Part shown: positions 25,089 to 32,495 of the stretch, in pieces
Layout of the letters: each line of letters starts with the position of its first letter
How positions within the stretch are numbered: the stretch's first letter is position 1
Source of the DNA: an uncultured Clostridia bacterium
GTDB lineage: Bacteria; UBA6262; WVXT01
Direction of reading: 5' to 3'
Length of the DNA stretch: 32,495 bases
NCBI GenBank assembly: GCA_964616885.1
Contig: CAZTSA010000002.1
Location: forward strand, 1-32,495
Position numbers and translations under genes: made by a program
Notes under the pieces: model-generated
Database searches by the model: none
What the model was told of the DNA's origin: nothing
Seen by the model: only the letters and a program-made list of their open reading frames with translations

Positions 25089-26024
25089 GTGGTTAGAGTT
25101 GGTGTGATTGGAGTTGGCCATATTGGTTCGCATCATGCCCGTATATATACACAAATACCGGATGTGGAGCTGACGGGAATCGTAGATACTGACCAGAAAA
25201 AAAGAGAGAAGGTCGCTCGAGAATGTAATACAGCTGGCTATGCGAATTATAGAGAAATTCTAGGTATGGTCGACGCAGTAAGTGTTGTGGTACCCACCGA
25301 TTTACATTATCCCGTGGCAAAGGACTTTCTGGAAAAAGGAGTTCATTGTCTGATAGAAAAGCCGATTACTCCCACCTTGGAAGAAGCCGAAGACCTTTTA
25401 AGAATAGCACGTAAGAAGAATTTGATTTTACAGATAGGACATATTGAGCGGTTCAACAGTGCAATATTGGAGGCACAAAAATATATTAAGGAGCCGAAGT
25501 TTATCGAGGCTTACAGGCTTGGACCTTACGACCCGCGCACTTCCAATATCGGGGTAGTGCTTGACTTGATGATACACGATATTGACATCGTTCTCTATCT
25601 GGTGAGGTCACCAGTGAAAAATATTGACGCTATCGGTGGAAGCGTCCTCTCTCAGAATGAAGATATTGCCAATGCCAGAATTAATTTCCAGAACGGGTGT
25701 GTAGCCAGTATTTCAGCAAGTCGGGTTTCCCTGGAAAAGTTTCGCAAAATTAGAATATTTCAAAAGGACATCTATATTTCGTTGGATTATGTAAAACAGA
25801 GTTTAAAAATTTATCAAAAAAAAGGAAAAGAAATCAAATCAATGAAGGATCTGATGATTTCGCGACCACAATTGAAGAAGACGGACCCCTTGCGAGAGGA
25901 GTTGACACATTTCATTCAGTGTGTAGAGAGAGGAAGGAAGCCCCTGGTTTCTGGCAAACATGGTCGGGATGCTCTGGAGATTGCTTTAGAAATTCTCAAA
26001 AAGATAAGCGAAAATTCTGGGTAA
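25089..26024 (+). CDS. Gfo/Idh/MocA-family NAD(P)-dependent oxidoreductase embedded in the lipid A cluster (GnnA-like candidate)
   Basis: 311 aa with a GTG start, the N-terminal Rossmann motif VGVIGVGHIGSHHARIY and an EKP motif (CLIEKPIT). It lies between lpxI and lpxB, with only 3 nt before the lpxB ATG. Confidence 0.8.
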   Translation: MVRVGVIGVGHIGSHHARIYTQIPDVELTGIVDTDQKKREKVARECNTAGYANYREILGMVDAVSVVVPTDLHYPVAKDFLEKGVHCLIEKPITPTLEEAEDLLRIARKKNLILQIGHIERFNSAILEAQKYIKEPKFIEAYRLGPYDPRTSNIGVVLDLMIHDIDIVLYLVRSPVKNIDAIGGSVLSQNEDIANARINFQNGCVASISASRVSLEKFRKIRIFQKDIYISLDYVKQSLKIYQKKGKEIKSMKDLMISRPQLKKTDPLREELTHFIQCVERGRKPLVSGKHGRDALEIALEILKKISENSG

Positions 26025-26027
26025 GCA

Positions 26028-27224
26028 ATGGTCAAGAAAATATTCATTGTAGCCGGTGATCCATCGGGAGATTTGCATGGGGCAAACTTAGTGAATGCTC
26101 TGAAAGAGATATCTTCTCAGGTAGAGATATATGGATTGGGTGGCGAAAGGATGGAGAGGGCGGGAGTGAGGCTTCTGGATAAACTTACGGAACTAGCGAT
26201 TGTGGGATTTAGTGAAGCAATTAATAGTATAGCCGCCATTCGTCAAATTTACAGAAAAACGGAAGAATTCCTGAGAAAGGAAAAGCCGGACAGGATTGTG
26301 TTGATTGATTACCCTGGTTTTAATCTAAGAGTAGCGAGCTTGGCCAAGAGGTTAAAAATTCCTTTGATTTATTATATCGGTCCGCAAATTTGGGCTTGGA
26401 GGCGCGGGAGAATTAAAGACATAGCGGAATTAGTGAATAAGATGCTGGTGATATTTCCCTTCGAAGAAGACACATATAAGAAAGCCGGAGTGGATGTTTC
26501 CTTTGTGGGCCATCCCCTCTTAGATACCATTCAGCCAACGAAGAGCAAAGAAGAAGTTTGTGAAAAGTATGGACTTGACCCGGATATCCCCATTATTGGA
26601 CTCATGCCTGGAAGCAGAAAACAGGAGATAGAGCGCCTTCTTCCAGTTATTTTAGAGGCTTCCCGGAAGATAGCTGAAAATAGGAAAGTGCAATTTGTCT
26701 TGCCTTTGGCGGGCAACATACCTATGAGTTACATAAAAGAACGTATAACAGAATTTGAAACGAATAGACTTAATCGAGCGAGGATTTCCAGAAGTCGAAA
26801 AGAAGAGGGGTCGCCTTTTCCAATTCTGGTAGTGCGGGACGAAGATTATAATATAAGGAAGACACTGACCTTAGCTCTGGTAGCTTCGGGAACGGCTACT
26901 CTGGAGAACGCCTGTTTGGGCATTCCCATGATTATAGTTTATAAAGTTTCACTTTTCAGTTATCTTCTTGCGCGGCTTCTGATAAGAATTCCCAGAATTG
27001 GTTTGGCCAATATTGTAGCGGGAAAGAAGGTGGTTCCGGAATTTATTCAGCGGAAGGCTAGCGCAGAGGAGATCGCTAAGGTAGCCTGCCAATGGTTGAG
27101 CAATCCAGGCCTTATGAAAGAGATTAGAAAGGAGCTGGAAAGGGTTAAGGAAAAGTTAGGAACTCGAGGGGCATCTAAGAGAGTGGCAAGAATTATTCTG
27201 GAGGAGGCTATAACCAGCAACTGA
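26028..27224 (+). CDS. lpxB: Lipid-A-disaccharide synthase
   Basis: 398 aa with the N-terminus IFIVAGDPSGDLHGANL, the IDYPGFNL motif and a C-terminal GTATLE motif typical of LpxB (GT19). Confidence 0.9.
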   Translation: MVKKIFIVAGDPSGDLHGANLVNALKEISSQVEIYGLGGERMERAGVRLLDKLTELAIVGFSEAINSIAAIRQIYRKTEEFLRKEKPDRIVLIDYPGFNLRVASLAKRLKIPLIYYIGPQIWAWRRGRIKDIAELVNKMLVIFPFEEDTYKKAGVDVSFVGHPLLDTIQPTKSKEEVCEKYGLDPDIPIIGLMPGSRKQEIERLLPVILEASRKIAENRKVQFVLPLAGNIPMSYIKERITEFETNRLNRARISRSRKEEGSPFPILVVRDEDYNIRKTLTLALVASGTATLENACLGIPMIIVYKVSLFSYLLARLLIRIPRIGLANIVAGKKVVPEFIQRKASAEEIAKVACQWLSNPGLMKEIRKELERVKEKLGTRGASKRVARIILEEAITSN

Positions 27225-28978
27225 TGAAACTCTTAAAGAGACTATTTGTTTATGTTAGACCATACAGGGTACACTTCCTTGAAGCGATGGTCTGTATGGC
27301 CTTGGTTGCCGGACTGACTTCGCTTCTAATGTATATGGTAAAGCCGACATTTGACAAGATCTTTGCTCAAAAGGACGCAAAGGTGATTCCTTATGTTATG
27401 ATGATCATTATTCTTTGTGCTCTGGGTAAAGGATTATTTGAATACTACGAGTCTTATCTCATGGCTTATATCGGTCAAAGAACAATAATGGATATAAGAA
27501 ACAAGCTTTACAGCCACCTGCAAAGCCTGTCTTTAGACTACTTCATTCGTCATAGGACAGGTCAGATTATTTCTCGTCTGACTAATGATGTTATGTTGCT
27601 ACAAAGAGCAATTGTTAGTGTTCCGGCAAATTTAATTCGAGGGGGTTTGACTGTAATAGGATTGACGATACTTCTCTTCTATTTGCATTGGCGGTGGGCA
27701 ATGGTAATTATGGCTGTTTTTCCGCTTGTTATTTTACCGCTAAGGAAATTTGGGAAGAGGTTGAGGAAGATAAGTAAAAAGAGTCAGGAGAAAATGGCTG
27801 ATATCTATTCTTTACTACAGGAAAAAATTCTGGGAATAATGATGATCAAATCTTTCTGTATGGAGAAAGCGGAAGCCCAAAAGTTTGAAAGCGAGAATAG
27901 TAATTTCTTTAAAATTATTATGAAGGCGATGCGTGTAGTGGCTATTCAGTCACCTGTTATGGAGTTTATTGCTACCCTGGGGCTAGTAAGTGTTCTAATT
28001 ATTGCTGGTTATGAGGTTATAAGCGGAAAGAGTAGTATGGGAACATTCTTCGCCTTTGTTGCCGCTATATCTTCCATGTATAAACCAGTAAAGAATTTCG
28101 CCAGTTTAAATGAACAAGTTCAACAAGCTTTGGCTGCGGGCGAAAGAATTTTCTACGTTTTAGATACAAAATCTTTTGTGGTAGAGTTTCCCGATGCTAA
28201 AGTCCTTCCTCCCCTGAGAGAAAAGATAGCCTTTGAACGAGTTTCTTTTTTTTATCCGCAAGAGGCTTCTTCGGGAAATAATGAGCTCGTCCTGGAAGAC
28301 ATTAACCTTGAGGTTTACAAAGGAGAATTATTGGCTCTCGTTGGTCCCAGCGGCGGTGGAAAAACGACCATAGCTAATCTAATCCCTCGTTTTTACGACC
28401 CGACAAAGGGAAGGATTACAATTGATAGTCAGGATATAAGAGAGGTGACCCTGAAATCTTTGAGAGAGCAGATGGGCATTGTAACACAGGAAACAATTCT
28501 GTTTAATGATACAGTCAGAAACAATATTGCCTATGGTGACCCGGAAGCTTCCTTTGAGAGGATTGAGACATCAGCCCGTATCGCAAACGCTCACGAGTTC
28601 ATAATGAAGCTTCCTGAAGGTTACGAGTCGGTTATTGGCGAGAGAGGAGTTAAATTATCCGGTGGGCAGAAGCAGCGAATCGCCATTGCCCGGGCGATTC
28701 TCAAAGACCCGGAAATCCTGATTTTTGATGAAGCAACCTCCTCCTTGGATTCGGAATCTGAACTCTTAGTTCAGGAGGCATTGGACCGCCTTATGAAGGA
28801 TCACACAACATTCGTAATAGCACATCGGCTGTCAACAATCCGAAAAGCAGATAGGATTATTGTGATCGACCAGGGCAGAATTGTAGAAGTGGGAAAACAC
28901 GAAGAGCTAATGGAGAGGAGCGGTTTGTACAGGAGGCTTTACAATCTGCAATTTAGAGAGGAGTTTTCTCTTACATGA
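27224..28978 (+). CDS. msbA: Lipid A export ABC transporter (fused permease/ATPase)
   Basis: 584 aa with a 6-TM exporter domain and an NBD: Walker A GPSGGGKTT, signature LSGGQKQR, Walker B ILIFDEATSSLD. Its start overlaps the lpxB stop (TGATG). Confidence 0.85.
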   Translation: MKLLKRLFVYVRPYRVHFLEAMVCMALVAGLTSLLMYMVKPTFDKIFAQKDAKVIPYVMMIIILCALGKGLFEYYESYLMAYIGQRTIMDIRNKLYSHLQSLSLDYFIRHRTGQIISRLTNDVMLLQRAIVSVPANLIRGGLTVIGLTILLFYLHWRWAMVIMAVFPLVILPLRKFGKRLRKISKKSQEKMADIYSLLQEKILGIMMIKSFCMEKAEAQKFESENSNFFKIIMKAMRVVAIQSPVMEFIATLGLVSVLIIAGYEVISGKSSMGTFFAFVAAISSMYKPVKNFASLNEQVQQALAAGERIFYVLDTKSFVVEFPDAKVLPPLREKIAFERVSFFYPQEASSGNNELVLEDINLEVYKGELLALVGPSGGGKTTIANLIPRFYDPTKGRITIDSQDIREVTLKSLREQMGIVTQETILFNDTVRNNIAYGDPEASFERIETSARIANAHEFIMKLPEGYESVIGERGVKLSGGQKQRIAIARAILKDPEILIFDEATSSLDSESELLVQEALDRLMKDHTTFVIAHRLSTIRKADRIIVIDQGRIVEVGKHEELMERSGLYRRLYNLQFREEFSLT

Positions 28979-30354
28979 GAATTAAGAATATTCTCCTTGC
29001 TATTATGGGGATAATTTTACTCAGCGAGACCTACCTTTTTGGCAAACCTGAGAGAGACGTTTACATTGTCCCCATTAAAGGAGTAATAGACCTCGGACTG
29101 TCAAGTTTCGTCAGGCGGGTAGTCCGGGAAGCAAAGGAGAAGGAGGCTCAGTGTATCATTTTAGAACTGGAGACTTTTGGAGGCAGAGTTGACGCAGCTA
29201 CTGAAATCAGGGACACTCTCGTTGAGAGTAATATGAAGACAGTCGCCTTTGTTAATAAGAGGGCAATATCTGCCGGAGCGCTGATAAGCCTGGCTTGTCA
29301 ATCCATTGTCATGGCTCCCGGTAGTACCATTGGAGCAGCCACTCCCGTGACAATTGCTCCAGGAACTACCACGACCCAGCCTACTGATGAGAAGACAATT
29401 TCCTATGTACGAAAAGAGTTTAAAGCTACAGCGGAAAGGAATAACCACCCGACAAATTTGGCAGAAGCTATGGTGGATCCGGATGTGGAAATAGAAGGGG
29501 TAATTGAGAAAGGTAAGCTTCTGACTCTTACCACAGAAGAGGCATTGAAACTTAAATTGGCAGAGCACAAGGTCTCTAAAATTGAGGAGATTCTCACTTT
29601 TTACGGGTTGGAGAAGGCTCACGTGGTGAGAGCTTCATTAACCTGGTCAGAGAGTCTGGTAAGATTCTTTACTCATCCGGTGGTAAGTGGTCTTCTTCTT
29701 ACTTTTGGTCTCTTAGGGATATTTTTTGAATTGAGGATGCCTGGCTGGGGAGTGAGCGGCACAATCGGGCTGGTTTGTCTGGCACTCTTCTTTGGCGCCC
29801 AATATATGGTAGGGTTGGCCCGATGGATTGAGCCAGTTCTGTTTACTGTTGGTGCAATTTTACTGGCTGTGGAAATATTTATTATTCCTGGTTTTGGTAT
29901 TACGGGAATATCCGGTATCCTGCTTATTATAGCCAGTCTCTTCCTCGCTCTGGTAAAGCATCCTATGCCCAAGACGCCCGTAGACGTTTCCCACCTGGTG
30001 CAGGCAAGCTATGTTATAGGTGCTTCCTTGGTGGCGACCTTCCTGGTAGCTACTCTCAGTTTCAGGTTTATGGGGAAAATTCCATTTTTAAGCAAATTGG
30101 TTTTGTTTTCAGAGGAAGAGGGAGAAAAAGGATACCGTTCTGCGCCACTAGAAATGGGAAAATTTATGGGAAGGGAAGGTATAACACTGACTATGCTCAG
30201 GCCCGTAGGTAAGGCCCAGTTTGGAGATATGATTGTGGATGTGGTCAGCGAAGGCGAACTTATAGAGAAGGGCAAACGAGTAGAAGTGATAAAGGTGGAG
30301 GGGAATAGGATAATGGTCGGGGAAGTGGAAAAAGAGGGCGAAAAATGGGGCTAA
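28975..30354 (+). CDS. Long NfeD protein: membrane-bound ClpP-class serine protease with a C-terminal NfeD OB-fold
   Basis: 459 aa with a signal/anchor and a ClpP/crotonase-like domain carrying the Ser context KRAISAGALISLA. A multi-TM block follows, then a C-terminal OB domain (GITLTMLRPVGKAQFGDMIVDVVSEGELIEKGKRVEVIKVEGNRIMV). ATGA overlap with the msbA stop. Confidence 0.85.
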   Translation: MRIKNILLAIMGIILLSETYLFGKPERDVYIVPIKGVIDLGLSSFVRRVVREAKEKEAQCIILELETFGGRVDAATEIRDTLVESNMKTVAFVNKRAISAGALISLACQSIVMAPGSTIGAATPVTIAPGTTTTQPTDEKTISYVRKEFKATAERNNHPTNLAEAMVDPDVEIEGVIEKGKLLTLTTEEALKLKLAEHKVSKIEEILTFYGLEKAHVVRASLTWSESLVRFFTHPVVSGLLLTFGLLGIFFELRMPGWGVSGTIGLVCLALFFGAQYMVGLARWIEPVLFTVGAILLAVEIFIIPGFGITGISGILLIIASLFLALVKHPMPKTPVDVSHLVQASYVIGASLVATFLVATLSFRFMGKIPFLSKLVLFSEEEGEKGYRSAPLEMGKFMGREGITLTMLRPVGKAQFGDMIVDVVSEGELIEKGKRVEVIKVEGNRIMVGEVEKEGEKWG

Positions 30355-30824
30355 GTTTGTCCCTCTACTTTGTGGGTTTGGTTCTAATTTGTCTTGAGGT
30401 TTTCGTTCCCGGGGGGATACTAGGGACGATTGGATTCCTTCTGATTGTGGGCTCTATATGGATTGCTTTCGTTCGACTCGGTAATGTTGGAGGCTCCTAT
30501 TTCTTAGTTGGCAGTTTGGTGTTGGCCATGGCGAGTGTTTATGTAGTGATGAGGTTCGGGACCAGGACAAGGTTGTCCAAGAAAATATTCCTTCAGTCCA
30601 CAGAAAAGGGATTCAGGCCTATTTCGGAGAATTTAGAAGACCTAAAAGGGAGACCCGGGATTTCGCTAACTACCTTGAGACCCTCTGGCAAAGCATTAAT
30701 AGATGGTCGAAAGGTCAACGTCGTTACTGAGGGAATATTCCTATCGAAAGGTTCTAAGATAAGGGTGGTGACGGTGGAAGGGAATAGAGTTGTAGTTAGA
30801 GGAATAGAAGAAGCAGAAGTGTAG
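30345..30824 (+). CDS. Short NfeD-family protein (TM helices plus an OB-fold domain, no protease domain)
   Basis: 159 aa with 3 predicted TM helices, then GISLTTLRPSGKALIDGRKVNVVTEGIFLSKGSKIRVVTVEGNRVVV. This parallels the C-terminus of the preceding protein. It overlaps the preceding gene by 10 nt. Confidence 0.75.
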   Translation: MGLSLSLYFVGLVLICLEVFVPGGILGTIGFLLIVGSIWIAFVRLGNVGGSYFLVGSLVLAMASVYVVMRFGTRTRLSKKIFLQSTEKGFRPISENLEDLKGRPGISLTTLRPSGKALIDGRKVNVVTEGIFLSKGSKIRVVTVEGNRVVVRGIEEAEV

Positions 30825-30876
30825 GCACAATTTCAAATTGTGCGGAGAAAGATGGGTTTTAGGAATTAAAGAATTA

Positions 30877-31055
30877 AAAGATAGTTCGTTCATCCTTTAG
30901 GAATTTCTTGACGCCAAAAATCTTCGGACTCCGCAGGGCGCAAATCAAAACTCCCCCCGATTTCATCGGGGGTCAGACAGTGATTTGCTTGGGAGAGAAT
31001 AAGTCGTCCTTGTTTTTTGGCTGAAATTCCAGATATTCTTCACGAACTATCTTTT
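30877..31055 (+). repeat. Copy B of the interrupted-palindrome element
   Basis: The 14-nt terminal inverted repeat is AAAAGATAGTTCGT...ACGAACTATCTTTT. Arm pairs are GGAATTTC/GAAATTCC, GCCAAAAA/TTTTTGGC and GCAAATCA/TGATTTGC, with an apical hairpin CCCCCGAT-TTC-ATCGGGGG (30954-30972). Confidence 0.85.
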
Positions 31056-31064
31056 AAATATATT

Positions 31065-31092
31065 TTGACAATTTTCGAGTAGATGATAAAAT
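31065..31092 (+). promoter_or_regulatory. Sigma70-type promoter for floA, 10 nt beyond the right end of repeat copy B
   Basis: TTGACA (31065-31070), a 16-nt spacer, then TAAAAT (31087-31092). The SD GGGAGGTG and the ATG at 31117 follow. Confidence 0.5.
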
Positions 31093-31116
31093 ACAGACTT
31101 TTATGGGAGGTGAGAA

Positions 31117-32109
31117 ATGGTACAATTTCTGATTGGATTGGTAATAATAGTTGGAATTATTTTTGCCATAATTTTCCTCTACTTTCTGAATATCTGGATT
31201 AGAGCTGTGGCGTCGGGTGCCCACATTTCCATCTTTAATCTCCTGGGAATGAAACTGAGGGGCATTCCTCCGGCACTGATAGTCAATGCAAAGATTATGG
31301 CAGTTAAGGCAGGCCTGGAGGTAGAGACCGGTCAACTGGAAGCCCATCACCTTGCCAGAGGAAATGTAATGAGAGTAGTTCAAGCCCTTATTGCTGCTGA
31401 CAAAGCAAATATACCCTTGAACTTCCAACGTGGTGCAGCAATTGACCTTGCTGGAAGAGATATCCTGGAGGCAGTCCATATGAGCGTAATTCCCAAAGTA
31501 ATTGATGCTCCCGACCCCACGAAAGGTAAATCAACAGTGGATGCTGTAGCCATGGACGGTATTCAACTCCTGGCAAAGGCGAGAGTTACAGTGAGAACAA
31601 ATTTAGATAGGTTGGTTGGAGGGGCAGGGGAAGACACGGTGATTGCTCGAGTAGGCGAGGGAATTGTTACTACCATCGGCTCTGCGGAGACCCACAAGAA
31701 AGTTCTGGAAAATCCAGATTTAATATCTCAGAAAGTATTAGCAAAGGGGCTGGATGCCGGCACAGCTTACGAAATACTCTCTATAGATATTGCCGATGTG
31801 GATGTGGGTAAGAATATCGGAGCAGAGCTCCAGCAGAGACGGGCGGAAGCTGACCTACAGATAGCTAAGGCGAAAGCTGAGGAAAGGAGAGCGATGGCCG
31901 TAGCCCGGGAGCAAGAGATGAAAGCCCTTGTTCAGGAGATGAGGGCAAAGGTTGTGGAAGCTGAGGTTGAAGTTCCTAAAGCGATAGCCCATGCTTTCAG
32001 AGAAGGGCGTCTTGGAATTATGGACTACTATAATCTCAAGAATGTTCAAGCCGACACAAGAATGAGGGAGTCTCTGGCGCGAAGACCAGAAAAATCTGAG
32101 GAGAAGTAA
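31117..32109 (+). CDS. floA: Flotillin-like protein FloA (UPF0365/YqfA, SPFH superfamily)
   Basis: 330 aa and, from memory, near-collinear with B. subtilis YqfA/FloA. Shared stretches include [73 protein letters not shown] and [17 protein letters not shown]. Confidence 0.9.
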   Translation: MVQFLIGLVIIVGIIFAIIFLYFLNIWIRAVASGAHISIFNLLGMKLRGIPPALIVNAKIMAVKAGLEVETGQLEAHHLARGNVMRVVQALIAADKANIPLNFQRGAAIDLAGRDILEAVHMSVIPKVIDAPDPTKGKSTVDAVAMDGIQLLAKARVTVRTNLDRLVGGAGEDTVIARVGEGIVTTIGSAETHKKVLENPDLISQKVLAKGLDAGTAYEILSIDIADVDVGKNIGAELQQRRAEADLQIAKAKAEERRAMAVAREQEMKALVQEMRAKVVEAEVEVPKAIAHAFREGRLGIMDYYNLKNVQADTRMRESLARRPEKSEEK

Positions 32110-32346
32110 AATGTGCTCGGGATTTGGTTCGCTCGCTGACAATTTTTTGCTCTTTGAGCACCGCCAAAAATCTCTGCAGCTGCAGAGCGAAGCTCTGCTA
32201 AGAAGAAGCAAAGCTTACGCTTTGCGGCTACAATCTTCGATTTTTGGCTAAAAATTCTAATGCTCGCTACACCAAATTCCCTCGCAATAGAGGAGGGTCC
32301 TCGTTTTTTGGCTAAAATTCCGAAAGCTCTTCACAAACTATCTTTT
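32110..32346 (+). repeat. Copy D: a composite palindromic repeat ending with the right-hand terminus of the family
   Basis: The right end CCTCGTTTTTTGGCTAAAATTCCGAAAGCTCTTCACAAACTATCTTTT matches the right ends of copies A and B. The left part is itself an imperfect palindrome (GGGATTTGG...CCAAATTCCC, GCCAAAAATC...GATTTTTGGC, CTCTGCAGCTGCAGAG centre). Confidence 0.6.
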
Positions 32347-32391
32347 AAATATTGATCAATAAGTAAAACAAAGCAAAAGATAGAGTGGACC

Positions 32392-32495
32392 ATGGAAAGA
32401 ATAGAAGTAATCTTCTGGGTAATTCTGGCAGTGATATGGCTAATATCAGGAAGTTTAATAAGGAGGAGGTCTCGAAAAGAAAGAGAGCGCTTCAA
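32392..32495 (+). CDS. Possible small membrane protein, truncated by the window end
   Basis: ATG at 32392 opens MERIEVIFWVILAVIWLISGSLIRRRSRKERERF..., one hydrophobic helix followed by a basic stretch. It runs off the window, the SD is weak, and I recognise no family. Confidence 0.3.
   Translation, partial: MERIEVIFWVILAVIWLISGSLIRRRSRKERERF

Noticed and set aside
30825-30843. Palindrome GCACAATTT-C-AAATTGTGC right after the short nfeD stop, considered as an intrinsic terminator.
   Set aside because: The loop is too small unless the stem frays, and no U-tract follows (GGAGAAAG). It may be another small repeat module (TAGGCACA also occurs at 11907 and 21709), but I cannot support a terminator call.

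Overview
All credible genes in this 32.5-kb window lie on the + strand. They are core cell-envelope and protein-quality-control genes of a lipid A/BAM-containing (diderm), moderately AT-rich bacterium. In order: lnt, prfB (needs a programmed +1 frameshift that the ORF track misses), lysS, lolE-lolD, ilvE, mcsA-mcsB-clpC, tamB-bamA-skp-lpxD, an lpxC-fabZ fusion, lpxA, lpxI, a Gfo/Idh/MocA oxidoreductase, lpxB, msbA, two NfeD proteins, floA (YqfA-type flotillin) and a truncated small ORF at the 3' edge. I found no rRNA, tRNA, CRISPR array, transposase, phage or recognisable defence gene, and no convincing new protein-coding system. The unexplained signal is in the intergenic DNA. (1) A family of about 180-bp interrupted-palindrome elements with AAAAGATAG/CTATCTTTT ends fills four of the larger gaps and shows compensatory changes between copies. 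(2) A GTAG-headed 23-nt REP/REPIN-like unit occurs at both ends of a 24.8-kb interval. (3) Two degenerate heptamer tandem arrays start exactly at the stop codons of lysS and ilvE. Gene-context points worth a second look: an McsA/McsB/ClpC phospho-arginine module without ctsR in an LPS organism; a GnnA-like oxidoreductase with LpxI inside the lipid A cluster; and overlapping stop/start codons running lpxB-msbA-nfeD-nfeD towards floA. Protein calls rest on motifs I recognise in the supplied translations. No database search was possible.
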